In this document: one piece after another, positions 1-10,744 of the stretch
Layout of the letters: the number at the start of each line of letters is the position of its first letter
How positions within the stretch are numbered: position 1 is the stretch's first letter
Source of the DNA: Syntrophorhabdaceae bacterium
GTDB taxonomy: Bacteria; Desulfobacterota; Syntrophorhabdia; Syntrophorhabdales; Syntrophorhabdaceae
Assembly (NCBI GenBank): GCA_963665295.1
Contig: OY762209.1
Location: forward strand, 3,200,001 to 3,264,000
Length of the DNA stretch: 64,000 nucleotides
Reading direction: 5' to 3'
Translations under genes and position numbers: made by a program
The notes under the pieces: generated by a model
The model's database searches: none
What the model was told of the DNA's origin: nothing
What the model saw: the letters and a program-made list of their open reading frames with translations, nothing else

Positions 1-429
1 CCGCGAATGAGGGTAAAAGATGCACGGCAGACATTTCTCGGTATCTGGGTTCGACTGCTGATCGAAGGCAAGCAGTTTGAGGTTTGGGAAGGAGACCAAC
101 TTCGGGACTTTTCATATGTCGACGATGTGGTGGAGGCTCTTATCCGGGCAGCCGTTAGTGGTGACGTTAACGGAAAGGTACTGAATGTGGGAAGTGACCG
201 GATAGTGAGCCTCAAAGCGCTTGCCGACCTGATGGTACAGATCAATGGTAAGGGAGGATATGATGTATGTTTCTTTCCTTCTGATCGCAAGCGGATCGAC
301 ATAGGCGACTATTACGCCGACGATCGTGCGATCCGTGAATTACTACAGTGGCAACCCGGTGTTTCCCTTGCCGAAGGCCTCACTCGCACAATTGATTTCT
401 ACAACAAAAACCTGAAGCATTACATATAA
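1..429 (+). CDS. NAD-dependent epimerase/dehydratase, C-terminal part (5'-truncated by window)
   Basis: GDQLRDFSYVDDVV, NVGS and VSLAEGL..TIDFY motifs of extended SDR sugar epimerases; frame is open from position 1. Confidence 0.85.
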   Translation, partial: PRMRVKDARQTFLGIWVRLLIEGKQFEVWEGDQLRDFSYVDDVVEALIRAAVSGDVNGKVLNVGSDRIVSLKALADLMVQINGKGGYDVCFFPSDRKRIDIGDYYADDRAIRELLQWQPGVSLAEGLTRTIDFYNKNLKHYI

Positions 430-436
430 AGCGACC

Positions 437-1492
437 ATGTTCTCTTTCTGCACATATTTTGACCGGAACTATCTGCCGCGCGGATTGGCGCTCTATGATT
501 CTCTCGCACGTCACTGCCGGAACTTCACGCTATGGATACTCTGCATGGATCAGGAATGCTATCGTGTACTCCGGGACATGGATTTGCCTGATGTCCGTTT
601 GATAACCCTCGATGAATTTGAGCGTGGCGACGCAGATTTGAAATCGGCAAAGGGCAATAGAACGACGATCGAATATTACTTTACATGTACTCCATCGCTT
701 CCGCTCTTTGTTTTGAGAGCCCGGCCGGAAGTCGATCTGATTACGTACCTGGACGCTGATATGTTCTTTTTCGCTGATCCGGAGCCCATATTTGATGAAT
801 TTGGCAGCGGATCCGTTCTCATCATTCCTCACAGATTTGCACCGGAGCACAAATACCTCGAAGTGCTGGGGATCTACAATGTTGGATTCCTTTCGTTTCG
901 CAATGACAGATATGGGAAGGAATGTCTGCAGTGGTGGCGGGAGCGTTGTTTGCAGTGGTGTTATGACAGACCCGAAGAAGACAGGTATGCCGACCAGAAG
1001 TACCTGGACGATTGGCCGTCAATGTTTCCTGAAGTTGTTACTTTACGGTGCAAGGGGGCAAATCTGGCAGCCTGGAATGCCGGACAATATGACCTGAAAG
1101 GCGAAGAGAATGAGGTGCTTGTTGATGAAGATCGCCTCATTTTTTACCATTTCCACAGCCTTAGGATTATGCACCCCTTCTATTTTGATCCGGCATTGGT
1201 TTTTTACGGTGTTGGTCTGAGCCGAGTGCTGAAGAATCAGATATATGCCCCTTACCTGGAGACCATTCGGAACAAAATACGGCTTTTGGATCAATATTCC
1301 TCCGGTACTTTGCGTGGGGGTATTCAGAAAGGGCGCACCACGTTAAGAAGCGTGTATGAAATGATCGCGGTTAATCCTATACTCTTTCTAAGCGGTCGCG
1401 ATATTCTGGAGCTCGATATGAGACCTTTGCTCAAATTGGTGTCGAGAGCAAAAAGAGTGCTCTTCGATTCGTCTGCCCGGGCGACCGGTTAG
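437..1492 (+). CDS. Putative glycosyltransferase (GT-A fold)
   Basis: YLDAD DxD motif, YNVGF, ADQKYLD, IFYHFH; glycan-locus context. Confidence 0.7.
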   Translation: MFSFCTYFDRNYLPRGLALYDSLARHCRNFTLWILCMDQECYRVLRDMDLPDVRLITLDEFERGDADLKSAKGNRTTIEYYFTCTPSLPLFVLRARPEVDLITYLDADMFFFADPEPIFDEFGSGSVLIIPHRFAPEHKYLEVLGIYNVGFLSFRNDRYGKECLQWWRERCLQWCYDRPEEDRYADQKYLDDWPSMFPEVVTLRCKGANLAAWNAGQYDLKGEENEVLVDEDRLIFYHFHSLRIMHPFYFDPALVFYGVGLSRVLKNQIYAPYLETIRNKIRLLDQYSSGTLRGGIQKGRTTLRSVYEMIAVNPILFLSGRDILELDMRPLLKLVSRAKRVLFDSSARATG

Positions 1493-1572
1493 TTCAATCA
1501 AAAATTGCAGCACCATTAACCCGATAGGTGTTTTCGATATCATTCAGTATCTGAGCTTTGCATGGAGAAAGA

Positions 1573-2469
1573 ATGAAAAAGGTTCTCTCAACTGTCCTTG
1601 ACCGGCTGCCATATGTCGGGCAGCTCCGCCACCGGATAATGGAACAAGGGCAATTTCTTGCCGGTCACTATCATTCCCCCGTACCTGACAAGCAGGACGC
1701 AATCAGCTACGTGAAATCCAGAAATCCGGCCGGTATCGAGCTTCCGGACATCGACCTTAATACGGATAGACAATTTGCCCTCCTTCAGGAATTCCATCAG
1801 TTTTACAGAGAACTGCCGTTTCCTGAAACACAAAGCCCAAATTGCAGATATTATTATGACAATACCTGGTTTCGTTATGCGGACGCCATTTTCCTGTACA
1901 GTTTTCTCAGGAATAATAAACCGAAGAGAATAGTAGAGGTGGGATCAGGATTTACCTCGGCGGTCATCCTGGACACTATAGAGAAATTTTTTCCGGAACA
2001 GTCGGAGATTACCTTTATCGACCCACATCCGGACCGTCTCTTCAGCATGATGAGGGCCGTTGACAAGGATGTCTGCCGAGTCATTGCCGAACCGGTCCAA
2101 AAAGTGCCTGCTGACGTGTTTGAGGCATTGGACTCCGGTGACTTGCTCTTTATCGACTCAAGTCACGTCGTAAAATGTGGCAGCGATCTTCAGTTGTTGA
2201 TGTTCGATATTCTGCCGCGGTTATCCTCCGGTGTCTTCGTCCATTTTCATGATGTATTTTATCCCTTTGAATACCCGCCTGAATGGCTGGACCAGGGTAT
2301 TTACTGGAATGAGGACTACTTCCTTAGAGCTTTCCTTTCCTACAACAGGGCATGGAGCATACATTTTTTCGGCGCCTACACAGCAGTCGCATTTCAAAGT
2401 TATTTAGAAGAGAAGATGCCTCTTTGCCTTAAGGACAGTGGCGGTAGTATTTACATCAGGAAGGTCTGA
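1573..2469 (+). CDS. Class I SAM-dependent methyltransferase (Methyltransf_24-like)
   Basis: IVEVGSGFTS motif I, LFIDSSH, HFHD; GGAG RBS before ATG 1573. Confidence 0.8.
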   Translation: MKKVLSTVLDRLPYVGQLRHRIMEQGQFLAGHYHSPVPDKQDAISYVKSRNPAGIELPDIDLNTDRQFALLQEFHQFYRELPFPETQSPNCRYYYDNTWFRYADAIFLYSFLRNNKPKRIVEVGSGFTSAVILDTIEKFFPEQSEITFIDPHPDRLFSMMRAVDKDVCRVIAEPVQKVPADVFEALDSGDLLFIDSSHVVKCGSDLQLLMFDILPRLSSGVFVHFHDVFYPFEYPPEWLDQGIYWNEDYFLRAFLSYNRAWSIHFFGAYTAVAFQSYLEEKMPLCLKDSGGSIYIRKV

Positions 2470-2612
2470 GGGGAGACGGCCACGGCGTTTCGGAAAACCA
2501 TAGCGTGTCCGGGACTTCCGATAGAATGGTCGGCGCCTCCACGTTTCGCCCCTGTGGCCGGGACGGCCAATGAATGCTTTATCCGGCGCTATATGGAGGA
2601 GGTAATTTCAGA

Positions 2613-3473
2613 ATGACACAACAAGACGTAATCGACGAGATTCTTGAAAGTGTAATTGCAGCCTACAAGACTTCTCCCATCGATCTCCTTGGGATAAATG
2701 ACGGAGAAGGCGAATACAACTACATTGAGAGTACAAGAACGAGTTATGCGAGGGCTCTTAGGGACATAATGGAAATTAGTGGTTTCATGCCGTCTCGGGA
2801 CCGACCCAAAGTGAAAGTGTTGGAGATAGGGGCGTTCTTGGGCGTTTTGAGCGTCGCTCTCGCCAGGATGGGTTTCTCCGTGACGGCCAGCGATATCCCT
2901 GAGTTCGGAAAGGCGGATGCACTTCTTCGGAAGTATGTGGATAACGATATAGATTTTGAATTCTTCAACCTGCGGGAATATCAAATTCCCTTTGAATCCG
3001 AGTCATATGATCTCGTGGTCATGTGCGCCACTCTGGAACATTTGAATTTTAACCCCATTCCTGTGTTATACGAAATCAACAGGATCTTGAAGAAGGACGG
3101 TTCCCTGTATTTAACGTTGCCTAATATCGCAAGCCTGAACCACCGGATTTCTTTGCTGAAAGGTAGATCGATACACTATCCGATCAAGAATTTTTTCGCT
3201 CAACTGGACAGGAACGACAACATGATTGTCGGCATCCACTGGAGAGAATACAGCACGGAGGAAACCAGAGAATTACTGGAAAATACAGGTTTTAGCGTCA
3301 CGAAACAGTATCTCTACTCCGAATACGAAGGGTTCTCAAGACTTTCCTTGAAGAATATGGTCAAACAGAGTATCCGCAATCTGTTTCCCGCCACAAGAGA
3401 CCTGCATGTCGCCATAGCCAGGAAGGAGGAATACTCCAGGCCGAATTTCTATCTCTGTGAGGCAAACAAATGA
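2613..3473 (+). CDS. Class I SAM-dependent methyltransferase
   Basis: VLEIGAFLG, LEHL, LTLPN, HWREY; GGAGG RBS before ATG 2613. Confidence 0.8.
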   Translation: MTQQDVIDEILESVIAAYKTSPIDLLGINDGEGEYNYIESTRTSYARALRDIMEISGFMPSRDRPKVKVLEIGAFLGVLSVALARMGFSVTASDIPEFGKADALLRKYVDNDIDFEFFNLREYQIPFESESYDLVVMCATLEHLNFNPIPVLYEINRILKKDGSLYLTLPNIASLNHRISLLKGRSIHYPIKNFFAQLDRNDNMIVGIHWREYSTEETRELLENTGFSVTKQYLYSEYEGFSRLSLKNMVKQSIRNLFPATRDLHVAIARKEEYSRPNFYLCEANK

Positions 3474-4321
3474 CCTTGCCGAAGATCAGCATAGTGACGC
3501 CTTCGTTTAACCAGGGACGGTTTCTGGAAGAGACGATCCAATCGGTGATCCTTCAAAATTACCAGGATATGGAATATCTGATAATGGATGGAGGGAGCAC
3601 GGATGACAGCGCGCAAATCATCAGGAAGTACGAACCCCGGTTAACATACTGGGTCAGCGAAAGAGACAAGGGGCAAGCAGATGCCATTTTTCGAGGATTC
3701 AAGATCGCTACCGGAGATATTCTGGGATATTTGAACTCCGACGACCTTTTGTTGCCGGGGGCATTAGACGCTGTGAGCGAGTATTTCCAAGCTCACCCCC
3801 ATGCTGATGCCGTCGTCGGAGGTTCCTTCCTTATTGACGGGACATCGGCCCCGATTCTGCTGAAAAAGGGCTTCTTCCTGCCCAACTGTAATGTGGGCAC
3901 CCGGATAACCCATCACCGGCTTCTCTACTATTATTGCACCGGATTTCATCAGCCCGCCGTCTTTTGGCGCCGCACTGCTTACGAGAAGGCGGGAGGTTTC
4001 GATACCTCTTTGTCGTTCAGCTTCGATTACGACCTGTTTCTCCGTCTTTCCAAGGCCAAGCCCTTCGGAAAGATAACGCGATTTCTTGCTGCGTTTCGTG
4101 AGCACGAAAGCAGCAAAAGCAACACAATACGGGATGTTATGTGCCGCGAGAATGAACTTCTTTGGAAACGATACGGCCGGTATAAGAAATCCGTACTCTA
4201 TCTTCGTACGGTTCATGAGTTCTACAAACGATTGGACAGATTCAACTATTTCAACACCTACGCCAGGTTCCGGCTGGGTGTTTCGAGGTTTCCCTCACAG
4301 TACCTGACCGACAGGACCTGA
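3470..4321 (+). CDS. Glycosyltransferase family 2
   Basis: ISIVTPSFNQ, DGGSTD, LNSDD, HQPA. Confidence 0.9.
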   Translation: MTLPKISIVTPSFNQGRFLEETIQSVILQNYQDMEYLIMDGGSTDDSAQIIRKYEPRLTYWVSERDKGQADAIFRGFKIATGDILGYLNSDDLLLPGALDAVSEYFQAHPHADAVVGGSFLIDGTSAPILLKKGFFLPNCNVGTRITHHRLLYYYCTGFHQPAVFWRRTAYEKAGGFDTSLSFSFDYDLFLRLSKAKPFGKITRFLAAFREHESSKSNTIRDVMCRENELLWKRYGRYKKSVLYLRTVHEFYKRLDRFNYFNTYARFRLGVSRFPSQYLTDRT

Positions 4322-4322
4322 G

Positions 4323-5597
4323 ATGCCATACCGAATCCTCATGTTTGCCGTCGGTTTTGCCCCCCTGGCGAACCCGGAAGCAATAGTAAACTCAAAACTG
4401 GCCTTGGCCTTTCTCGATGCGGGATGGGAGGTGGACGTAGTCACAAGGAACCTGTCGGGAGTGTGCAGCTATGACTATGGGTCAGACTGGGTGGATCCAT
4501 GGCTGCCATTGAGGCCTATTACCCATGCACCCGACTATTCGTCGGAAGGCAGTGTAAAGCGCATCATCGACACCGTTTGGAGCGGCTTGGAGTCGGGTCA
4601 CCCTGTGGATGGCTGCAGATGGGCCGTGAAGGCCCTCAGCCTGGCATTAGGCTTACACTATAGGAACCCTTACGATTTTGTCATCTCCCGTGCATTGCCT
4701 GATTCATCTCACTTGCCCGCCATGATTTTTGCGGAGAAGACAGGAACTCCATGGATCGCAAATTGGAACGATCCTGCGCCAGGGAAAATGCCTTATCCCT
4801 ATGGAAAAGGCAAGGATACCTATTTGGGCCTATTCTACGAAAGGTTGTTAAGAAATGTTGAGAAGAAAGCGGACTGGTACACCTTTCCTTCGGACAGATT
4901 GAGGAACTACATCGGAAGCTATCTTAAGGTTGATATCCAAAAGAGATCTCATGTTATTCCTCATGTTGCCCTGAAAGGGACCGGGGTAGGCTCAAAAGGA
5001 AAGAACGGGTACTTCACTCTGTGTCATGCGGGGAGTCTTTATAATGGCCGTGACCCCGAACCGTTTCTTGTTGGATTGAGAAGATTCCTGCAAACGACAA
5101 GAGTGCAAAACAGAATCAGGTTGGTTCTGGTGGGCCTTGAGACTGCGGCGTTGGAGAGTCTGGCGAAGGAATTGGGATTGGATTCGAACATAAATATCAT
5201 GGGTTCTCTTGGTTATTCTGAAACGCTCAGGTGTCTCGGGAATTCAAGCGTCGGACTGATAATAGAAGGCCGGCACAAGGAAGGGATATTTCTTCCCTCA
5301 AAATTTGTGGACTATGTACAGGCCGGCAAACCGGTTCTTGCGGTTACGCCCAGGCAAAGCGTGTTGACGGATCTCATCTCCAAACATGGCGGAGGTATCG
5401 CAGTCGACTGCAGTTCTTCCGAGGAAATATCGGCGGCCTTGAAAACCCTTTATGACAGTTCGCAAAATGGGACTTTGCAGGAGCGATACAAGCCGGATCG
5501 TCTTTACGGACTGTTCGCGCCGGAGGCCATCGTCGCGCAATATGACGACATTTTCGGAAGACTGGCAAAATCGAAGACACAACGGAAGGTCAGATGA
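4323..5597 (+). CDS. Glycosyltransferase family 4-like (GT-B)
   Basis: HAGSLY..RDP and PSKFVDYVQAGKPVLA motifs. Confidence 0.75.
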   Translation: MPYRILMFAVGFAPLANPEAIVNSKLALAFLDAGWEVDVVTRNLSGVCSYDYGSDWVDPWLPLRPITHAPDYSSEGSVKRIIDTVWSGLESGHPVDGCRWAVKALSLALGLHYRNPYDFVISRALPDSSHLPAMIFAEKTGTPWIANWNDPAPGKMPYPYGKGKDTYLGLFYERLLRNVEKKADWYTFPSDRLRNYIGSYLKVDIQKRSHVIPHVALKGTGVGSKGKNGYFTLCHAGSLYNGRDPEPFLVGLRRFLQTTRVQNRIRLVLVGLETAALESLAKELGLDSNINIMGSLGYSETLRCLGNSSVGLIIEGRHKEGIFLPSKFVDYVQAGKPVLAVTPRQSVLTDLISKHGGGIAVDCSSSEEISAALKTLYDSSQNGTLQERYKPDRLYGLFAPEAIVAQYDDIFGRLAKSKTQRKVR

Positions 5598-6379
5598 ATA
5601 TTAAAGAACTGCAGAGGAATTGGGACGAATTCGGGAAGACGGACCCGCTGTGGTCGATACTGACTGAATTCGGGAAACAGAATAATAAATGGGACCTTAA
5701 CGAGTTTTTTCAAACGGGTCATAAAGAGATCGAGGAGTTGATTAATTACACCGGCTCCCTGGGGATAACATACAGGAGGAGAAACGCGTTGGATTTCGGC
5801 TGCGGTGTGGGCAGGCTCACACAAGCGCTGGGTGAATATTTTGACGAAGTGATAGGCGTCGACATTTCACCCCATATGATCGACTTGGCAAACAGGCACA
5901 ACAGGCACGGCGACAGGTGTAAATATTATTTGAACCGGACCAGCGCCCTCAGTTTCCTGGATGACCGCAGTATAGATTTCATTTACTCCAATCTTGTTTT
6001 GCAGCACATGTTGCCTGTTTACTCCAGGCGCTATATAAAGGAGTTTCTGAGGATACTCTCCTTGGAAGGGGTTCTTGTATTCCAGCAGCCATATAGAGAA
6101 ATGCCCGGAAGAGACGGTGGGCTCATCAGGACTATGGCCAAAAATGTCCTCCCATCCGTACTGGTTGATCTCTTCAGAAATAAAGTGCAGAGTGGACGGT
6201 GCAAGGGTCCGAAAATGGAAATGTATGAGGTAAGGCCTGAACAGATGACGAAGTTCCTTGTCAGAAGAGGATCGATCGTCGCCGACATCAGAAGGAAGAC
6301 GAATGAGGGCTCTAACTGGATAAGTACGTTCTATTTCGTGAAGAAAACAGATGAGCGAAACGGGACAGGCAGGACATAA
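5594..6379 (+). CDS. Class I SAM-dependent methyltransferase
   Basis: ALDFGCGVGRL, GVDIS, VLQHM. Confidence 0.85.
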   Translation: MNIKELQRNWDEFGKTDPLWSILTEFGKQNNKWDLNEFFQTGHKEIEELINYTGSLGITYRRRNALDFGCGVGRLTQALGEYFDEVIGVDISPHMIDLANRHNRHGDRCKYYLNRTSALSFLDDRSIDFIYSNLVLQHMLPVYSRRYIKEFLRILSLEGVLVFQQPYREMPGRDGGLIRTMAKNVLPSVLVDLFRNKVQSGRCKGPKMEMYEVRPEQMTKFLVRRGSIVADIRRKTNEGSNWISTFYFVKKTDERNGTGRT

Positions 6380-6408
6380 CGGTGTGCCGCAAGACGAGAT
6401 AGAAAAGA

Positions 6409-7845
6409 ATGTTATTTAACTCCCATATCTTCATCATTTTCATCTTCGTCATCTACCTTTTGTTTGAAATCACCAACAGTTGGAAAGCACAAAAAATAGT
6501 TCTGCTTTTGGCAAGTTATGTCTTTTATGGTTGGGTAAATCCACTATTTCCCTTAATTCTGGTCGTGTCTACGGTGATAAACTTCTTCCTGGCGGGCCGG
6601 ATAGTACAAAGCAGGGACGGATCAGGCAAACGGCTTGCCATGGTAATAAGTCTGGTTCTCAACCTGGGGTTGTTACTGGTTTTGAAATATGGAGACTTCT
6701 TTTTGCGGAATCTTGAAAAGATCGCAGGCCTGTTGGTATCCTGGCCCCAGAGTACCAACAGGCCGCTCGACCTGTTGCTGCCGCTGGGGATATCATTCTA
6801 CACCTTTTCGATTGTCAGCTATTCCATCGACCTGCATAGAGGCGATCTGAGGCGGAGGGGGTCTTTTCAGGATGTCGCCTTGTATATCGCTTTCTTTCCC
6901 AAACTAATATCCGGTCCCATCGTGAGAGCAAAGGAATTTATGCCCCAGTGTGAGAAAAAACCTGCCCTCGATCCTTCGCTCATGTCCTGGGGGATATTCT
7001 TGTGCGCATGGGGTTTTTTTAAGAAGATGGTCATCGCGGACAACATCGCAATCTTTGTAGATTCTGTTTTTATTGACCCGGCCAACGCGAATATATGGGG
7101 TAGTTGGTTGGCCGCCTATGGCTATGCGATGCAAATATACTTTGATTTTAGCGGGTATTCGGACATTGCCATCGGTCTTGCCCTCGTTTTTGGATTTCGA
7201 TTCGGAGACAATTTCTCCAAACCCTACGGGGCGTTCGGGTTTGGTGATTTCTGGCGCCGTTGGCACATCTCCCTCTCAACATGGCTGAGAGACTATCTCT
7301 ACATTCCCCTTGGAGGAAGCAGGTTGGGAAAGGCGCGAACCTATGCAAACCTCATGTTTACTATGCTGGTTTGCGGGCTATGGCATGGCGCCCAGTGGAC
7401 CTTTGTTGTCTGGGGAGGCATCCACGGCCTGTACCTTTGCGTCGAGCGCTACATTTTCACAAAATTAAGGGTAACGCCGGCGGACGTGAATAACCTTCCT
7501 TTGTTCTACAGAGGGCTTTTCTGCGCATTTGTCTTTAATCTCGTATGTATCGCCTGGGTATTCTTTCGGGCCAATTCCATCGGTGATGCGGCCCTGATGA
7601 TACAAACCATGTTTTCGGTGAAGGGAATGTCAAACCTCGCTATGGGCCATCCTTTTCGCGCCATCATGGTCACTGGTGTAACAATACTTACGGTCCTGTG
7701 TCATTTCCTGAATCGCTCCGGAAACCTTGGGGAGTTGGTGCATCGGTTACCTGTGTGGTCTCAGGGGGTAATTGCGGGGAGTTTGATTGTCTCAAGCGTA
7801 TTATTCAAGGGGGAGGGCAGCCGGTTCATCTACTTCCAGTTTTAG
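6409..7845 (+). CDS. MBOAT family O-acyltransferase (AlgI/DltB/PatA-like)
   Basis: MLFNS start, PLGISFYTF, GPIVR, DFSGYSDIAIG, FWRRWHISLS, GLWHGA, FIYFQF end. Confidence 0.92.
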   Translation: MLFNSHIFIIFIFVIYLLFEITNSWKAQKIVLLLASYVFYGWVNPLFPLILVVSTVINFFLAGRIVQSRDGSGKRLAMVISLVLNLGLLLVLKYGDFFLRNLEKIAGLLVSWPQSTNRPLDLLLPLGISFYTFSIVSYSIDLHRGDLRRRGSFQDVALYIAFFPKLISGPIVRAKEFMPQCEKKPALDPSLMSWGIFLCAWGFFKKMVIADNIAIFVDSVFIDPANANIWGSWLAAYGYAMQIYFDFSGYSDIAIGLALVFGFRFGDNFSKPYGAFGFGDFWRRWHISLSTWLRDYLYIPLGGSRLGKARTYANLMFTMLVCGLWHGAQWTFVVWGGIHGLYLCVERYIFTKLRVTPADVNNLPLFYRGLFCAFVFNLVCIAWVFFRANSIGDAALMIQTMFSVKGMSNLAMGHPFRAIMVTGVTILTVLCHFLNRSGNLGELVHRLPVWSQGVIAGSLIVSSVLFKGEGSRFIYFQF

Positions 7846-7866
7846 GCCGGCCCTCTGAGGAATGCA

Positions 7867-8838
7867 ATGGCGGGAAACAAAAACATCTTCCTTATTGTAT
7901 GTGGCATCACTGTTGCTTCTTTGTTGCTTTGCTCCGAATTGGCCCTGAGGATGAAGGCTTTCCCTCCGAATTACGATATCAACGATACAGTATGGTTTCA
8001 AAAACTCCACGCTGCAAAACAGGCTTCGGAAAAAGACAAAACGGTAATCTTCTATGGTTCTTCGAGGACACAGTTGGGGGTATCTCCTGATGATTTCTGC
8101 GGTGAAATGAAGAGGTTGGGCAACAAAGCCACATGCTGGAATCTTGCAATGTCGAATTCCAACGATGCGGGCATACTCGCTCATGTGGGGGAGAAACTAT
8201 ACGGGGATGTAATCGTCATAGAGCAAATAGGCCTGAACCTGTCGAATCCCATCCGGACCGACGATGCGGAACGTTACCGGCGGGTAAAGACGCAGTCGTG
8301 GGGGCAGGATGTTGACGACCTCGCCGGATTCAAGCTTGCCCGATCGGTGTTCTTCCTGCGGAATAACATAACCCGCTCATTCCTCAACAAACGGTACGAG
8401 AAGATGGAATATCACGATAACGGCTGGCTTGAGGTCAGATATAACAAGGACCCGGTGGAAATCGAAAGGCAGAAGAGGCACTGGGAGGCTTATTCGGTTC
8501 GCGAGCAAATCCCTGTCGAAAGAGCGAGGACGGCGCAGAGGGCGTATAAAGAGATATTCGACAGGCTGATCCGGGAGGGCTCGCGTGTTGTGATATTGCG
8601 CATGCCTGTGGGCGGTGTGGGAAGGAAGATGGAAGACATGTTCATGTCCTGTGGTTATCATACCGATTTCATCAGAAATGACCCAAGAATTCTGTATATC
8701 GATGCGAACATCCATCCTGTGCTTTCGCAATATCATGCCGTTGAGGACAGTCATCTTGACGCCGGGGATGCGGTCGGATTTTCCAGAGATCTTGCGGGGA
8801 TTATCGACGCCTGGCTGGGTCATGCAGGCAAGAACTAG
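7867..8838 (+). CDS. Membrane-anchored SGNH-like acyltransferase partner (AlgJ/DltD-like)
   Basis: N-terminal TM segment, FYGSSR nucleophile motif, C-terminal EDSHL (Asp/His); directly follows the MBOAT gene. Confidence 0.6.
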   Translation: MAGNKNIFLIVCGITVASLLLCSELALRMKAFPPNYDINDTVWFQKLHAAKQASEKDKTVIFYGSSRTQLGVSPDDFCGEMKRLGNKATCWNLAMSNSNDAGILAHVGEKLYGDVIVIEQIGLNLSNPIRTDDAERYRRVKTQSWGQDVDDLAGFKLARSVFFLRNNITRSFLNKRYEKMEYHDNGWLEVRYNKDPVEIERQKRHWEAYSVREQIPVERARTAQRAYKEIFDRLIREGSRVVILRMPVGGVGRKMEDMFMSCGYHTDFIRNDPRILYIDANIHPVLSQYHAVEDSHLDAGDAVGFSRDLAGIIDAWLGHAGKN

Positions 8839-8870
8839 GGAATGGGCGAGGGACGGCGCGGCTATTCAAT

Positions 8871-9944
8871 ATGACAAACTTGCCACTCATAAGAAATGTG
8901 GTTCCCACGGATGGACCTGGAATAGTGAGGTTGTTTAATGATGTATTCGGCGAGTCCCGTTCAATAGAAGAGTGGAACTGGGAATTCCTCGAAAACCCCG
9001 TAAAGAGAATCTTTGCCGTTGTTGCCGAACATGAGGGTAAGATTGTAGGTCAGTATGCCCTGCTTCCAAAATGGATGAACGTCGAAAAGAGGAGAGTCCT
9101 TGGAGCTCTTTCAGTTGACACCATGGTCCACCCGCTGTATAGGAACCAGGGACTATTTGTGTCTCTTGCGAAAGAATGCTACAGACAGGCCTCTAAGGAA
9201 GGCGTCAGCGTCGTGTATGGGTTCCCGAACAAGAACTCCTATCATGGCTTCATATACAACCTCGGGTGGCACGAGGTGGGACGGCTGCCCAAGTTGGTCA
9301 GGATTTTGAATCCCGAGCGGGTATTGCAAGAGAAGCTGAAATCCAAAGTTTTGGCGACGATGATAGGGCGGCCGGCACGGTGTCTGATTGACCTCTTTCC
9401 AAGGAGCAAGACGTTCCTCAGGGCCAAACACGTAACAGTGGAGCGTTTCGATTGCAGCGATGGTCGCCTTGACAGTTTCCTGAGTCGGGCGTCTTGGCAT
9501 CCTGCCGTATCGGTATGGAAAGACCGCTCGTACCTGAGGTGGCGGTATTTCTCTTTTTCTCGCGGCAACTATACAGCGTTCGCGGCTTCGGATGCAGATT
9601 CGATGAGGAGCTTAATTATCTTCAAAATAGTGCCGCCAAAAGACAGCCTGCATTACGCGATCGGCTATATAGTCGATTTTTGGTTTCTCCCCGACAGTAT
9701 CGAATCCGGTCAGCTTTTGTTGTCTCACGCATTGACCTTTCTTCGCCACAGTGGAGTTGATCTGGTTGTAACTCACGTTTTCAAATCAAGTTGCCTTTGT
9801 CCCATGTTTAGAAAGTTCGGTTTTATTAAGCATGGTGCGGACATGCCCCTGATTGTTAATACGCTTTCCGGCGATGTGCCCCACGGTGCAACAGAAAACG
9901 GCGCCGGGTGGCATTTTACGCCCGGCGATATAGACATTTATTAG
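8871..9944 (+). CDS. GNAT family N-acyltransferase (tandem GNAT)
   Basis: VHPLYRNQGLF acetyl-CoA motif, YGFPN, YLRWRY. Confidence 0.8.
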   Translation: MTNLPLIRNVVPTDGPGIVRLFNDVFGESRSIEEWNWEFLENPVKRIFAVVAEHEGKIVGQYALLPKWMNVEKRRVLGALSVDTMVHPLYRNQGLFVSLAKECYRQASKEGVSVVYGFPNKNSYHGFIYNLGWHEVGRLPKLVRILNPERVLQEKLKSKVLATMIGRPARCLIDLFPRSKTFLRAKHVTVERFDCSDGRLDSFLSRASWHPAVSVWKDRSYLRWRYFSFSRGNYTAFAASDADSMRSLIIFKIVPPKDSLHYAIGYIVDFWFLPDSIESGQLLLSHALTFLRHSGVDLVVTHVFKSSCLCPMFRKFGFIKHGADMPLIVNTLSGDVPHGATENGAGWHFTPGDIDIY

Positions 9945-9970
9945 CCTTCCACTCAGCAATAAATCTACTC

Positions 9971-10738
9971 ATGCAGACGACGGTCAAGGAAATGATGAGG
10001 ATTTGCCGAAGGGTTCTCATAAGGACTTGCATAAGGGGCTTGTCATGCCCTCGCATAATTGCGCCCAGGAATGCTCTTATCGTGGCTCCTCATCCTGATG
10101 ATGAGACTCTTGGATGCGGCGGCATAATCAACCTCATGTCACAGAGTGCCGTCAGACTAACCGTTCTTTTTCTGACGGATGGTGAATCGTCTCATCAGAG
10201 TTGTTGCGGGATATCAAAAGAAGAAGTGGGCGCCATGAGGCGAAGACTCGCGGTCCAAGCGTGCGCAAAACTGGGTGTTTCCCCGGAAGACCTTATCTGG
10301 TTTGGTTTACCGGATGGGCAAATCTCTTGCGGGAACGGAGGGGGCTTTTGTGGCACATCCAATGATTTGTTGCGACTCATTGACAAAATAGAGCCTGACG
10401 CCATCTTTGCTCCCCATCCCTGGGAACCATGGCCGGACCACCGGGCGGCCGGTGAGATATTGAAGAAAGCAGTCAACAAGTATCGCAACCCGGTAACGGT
10501 TTACTATTACCCGGTATGGCTGTGGCACGGTCTTTGTCTGACCCATCTCCTTGCGATACGGAAGATGGATACGATTCGAGTCGATATCAGCGCAGTGCTG
10601 GAAACAAAAAGGCAGGCTCTCAACGAGTATTTTTCCAGCGTGAATCCTTTCTGCAACAGGCCCTACTGCGGGACCATGCCGAAAGGTTTCACAGAGCATT
10701 TTCTTTACCCCTATGAGATATTCTTTACCGAAGGATGA
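9971..10738 (+). CDS. PIG-L/LmbE family deacetylase
   Basis: APHPDDETLGCGG, TDGE, PDH; start uncertain (9971 or 9992). Confidence 0.88.
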   Translation: MQTTVKEMMRICRRVLIRTCIRGLSCPRIIAPRNALIVAPHPDDETLGCGGIINLMSQSAVRLTVLFLTDGESSHQSCCGISKEEVGAMRRRLAVQACAKLGVSPEDLIWFGLPDGQISCGNGGGFCGTSNDLLRLIDKIEPDAIFAPHPWEPWPDHRAAGEILKKAVNKYRNPVTVYYYPVWLWHGLCLTHLLAIRKMDTIRVDISAVLETKRQALNEYFSSVNPFCNRPYCGTMPKGFTEHFLYPYEIFFTEG

Positions 10739-10744
10739 AAGAGA

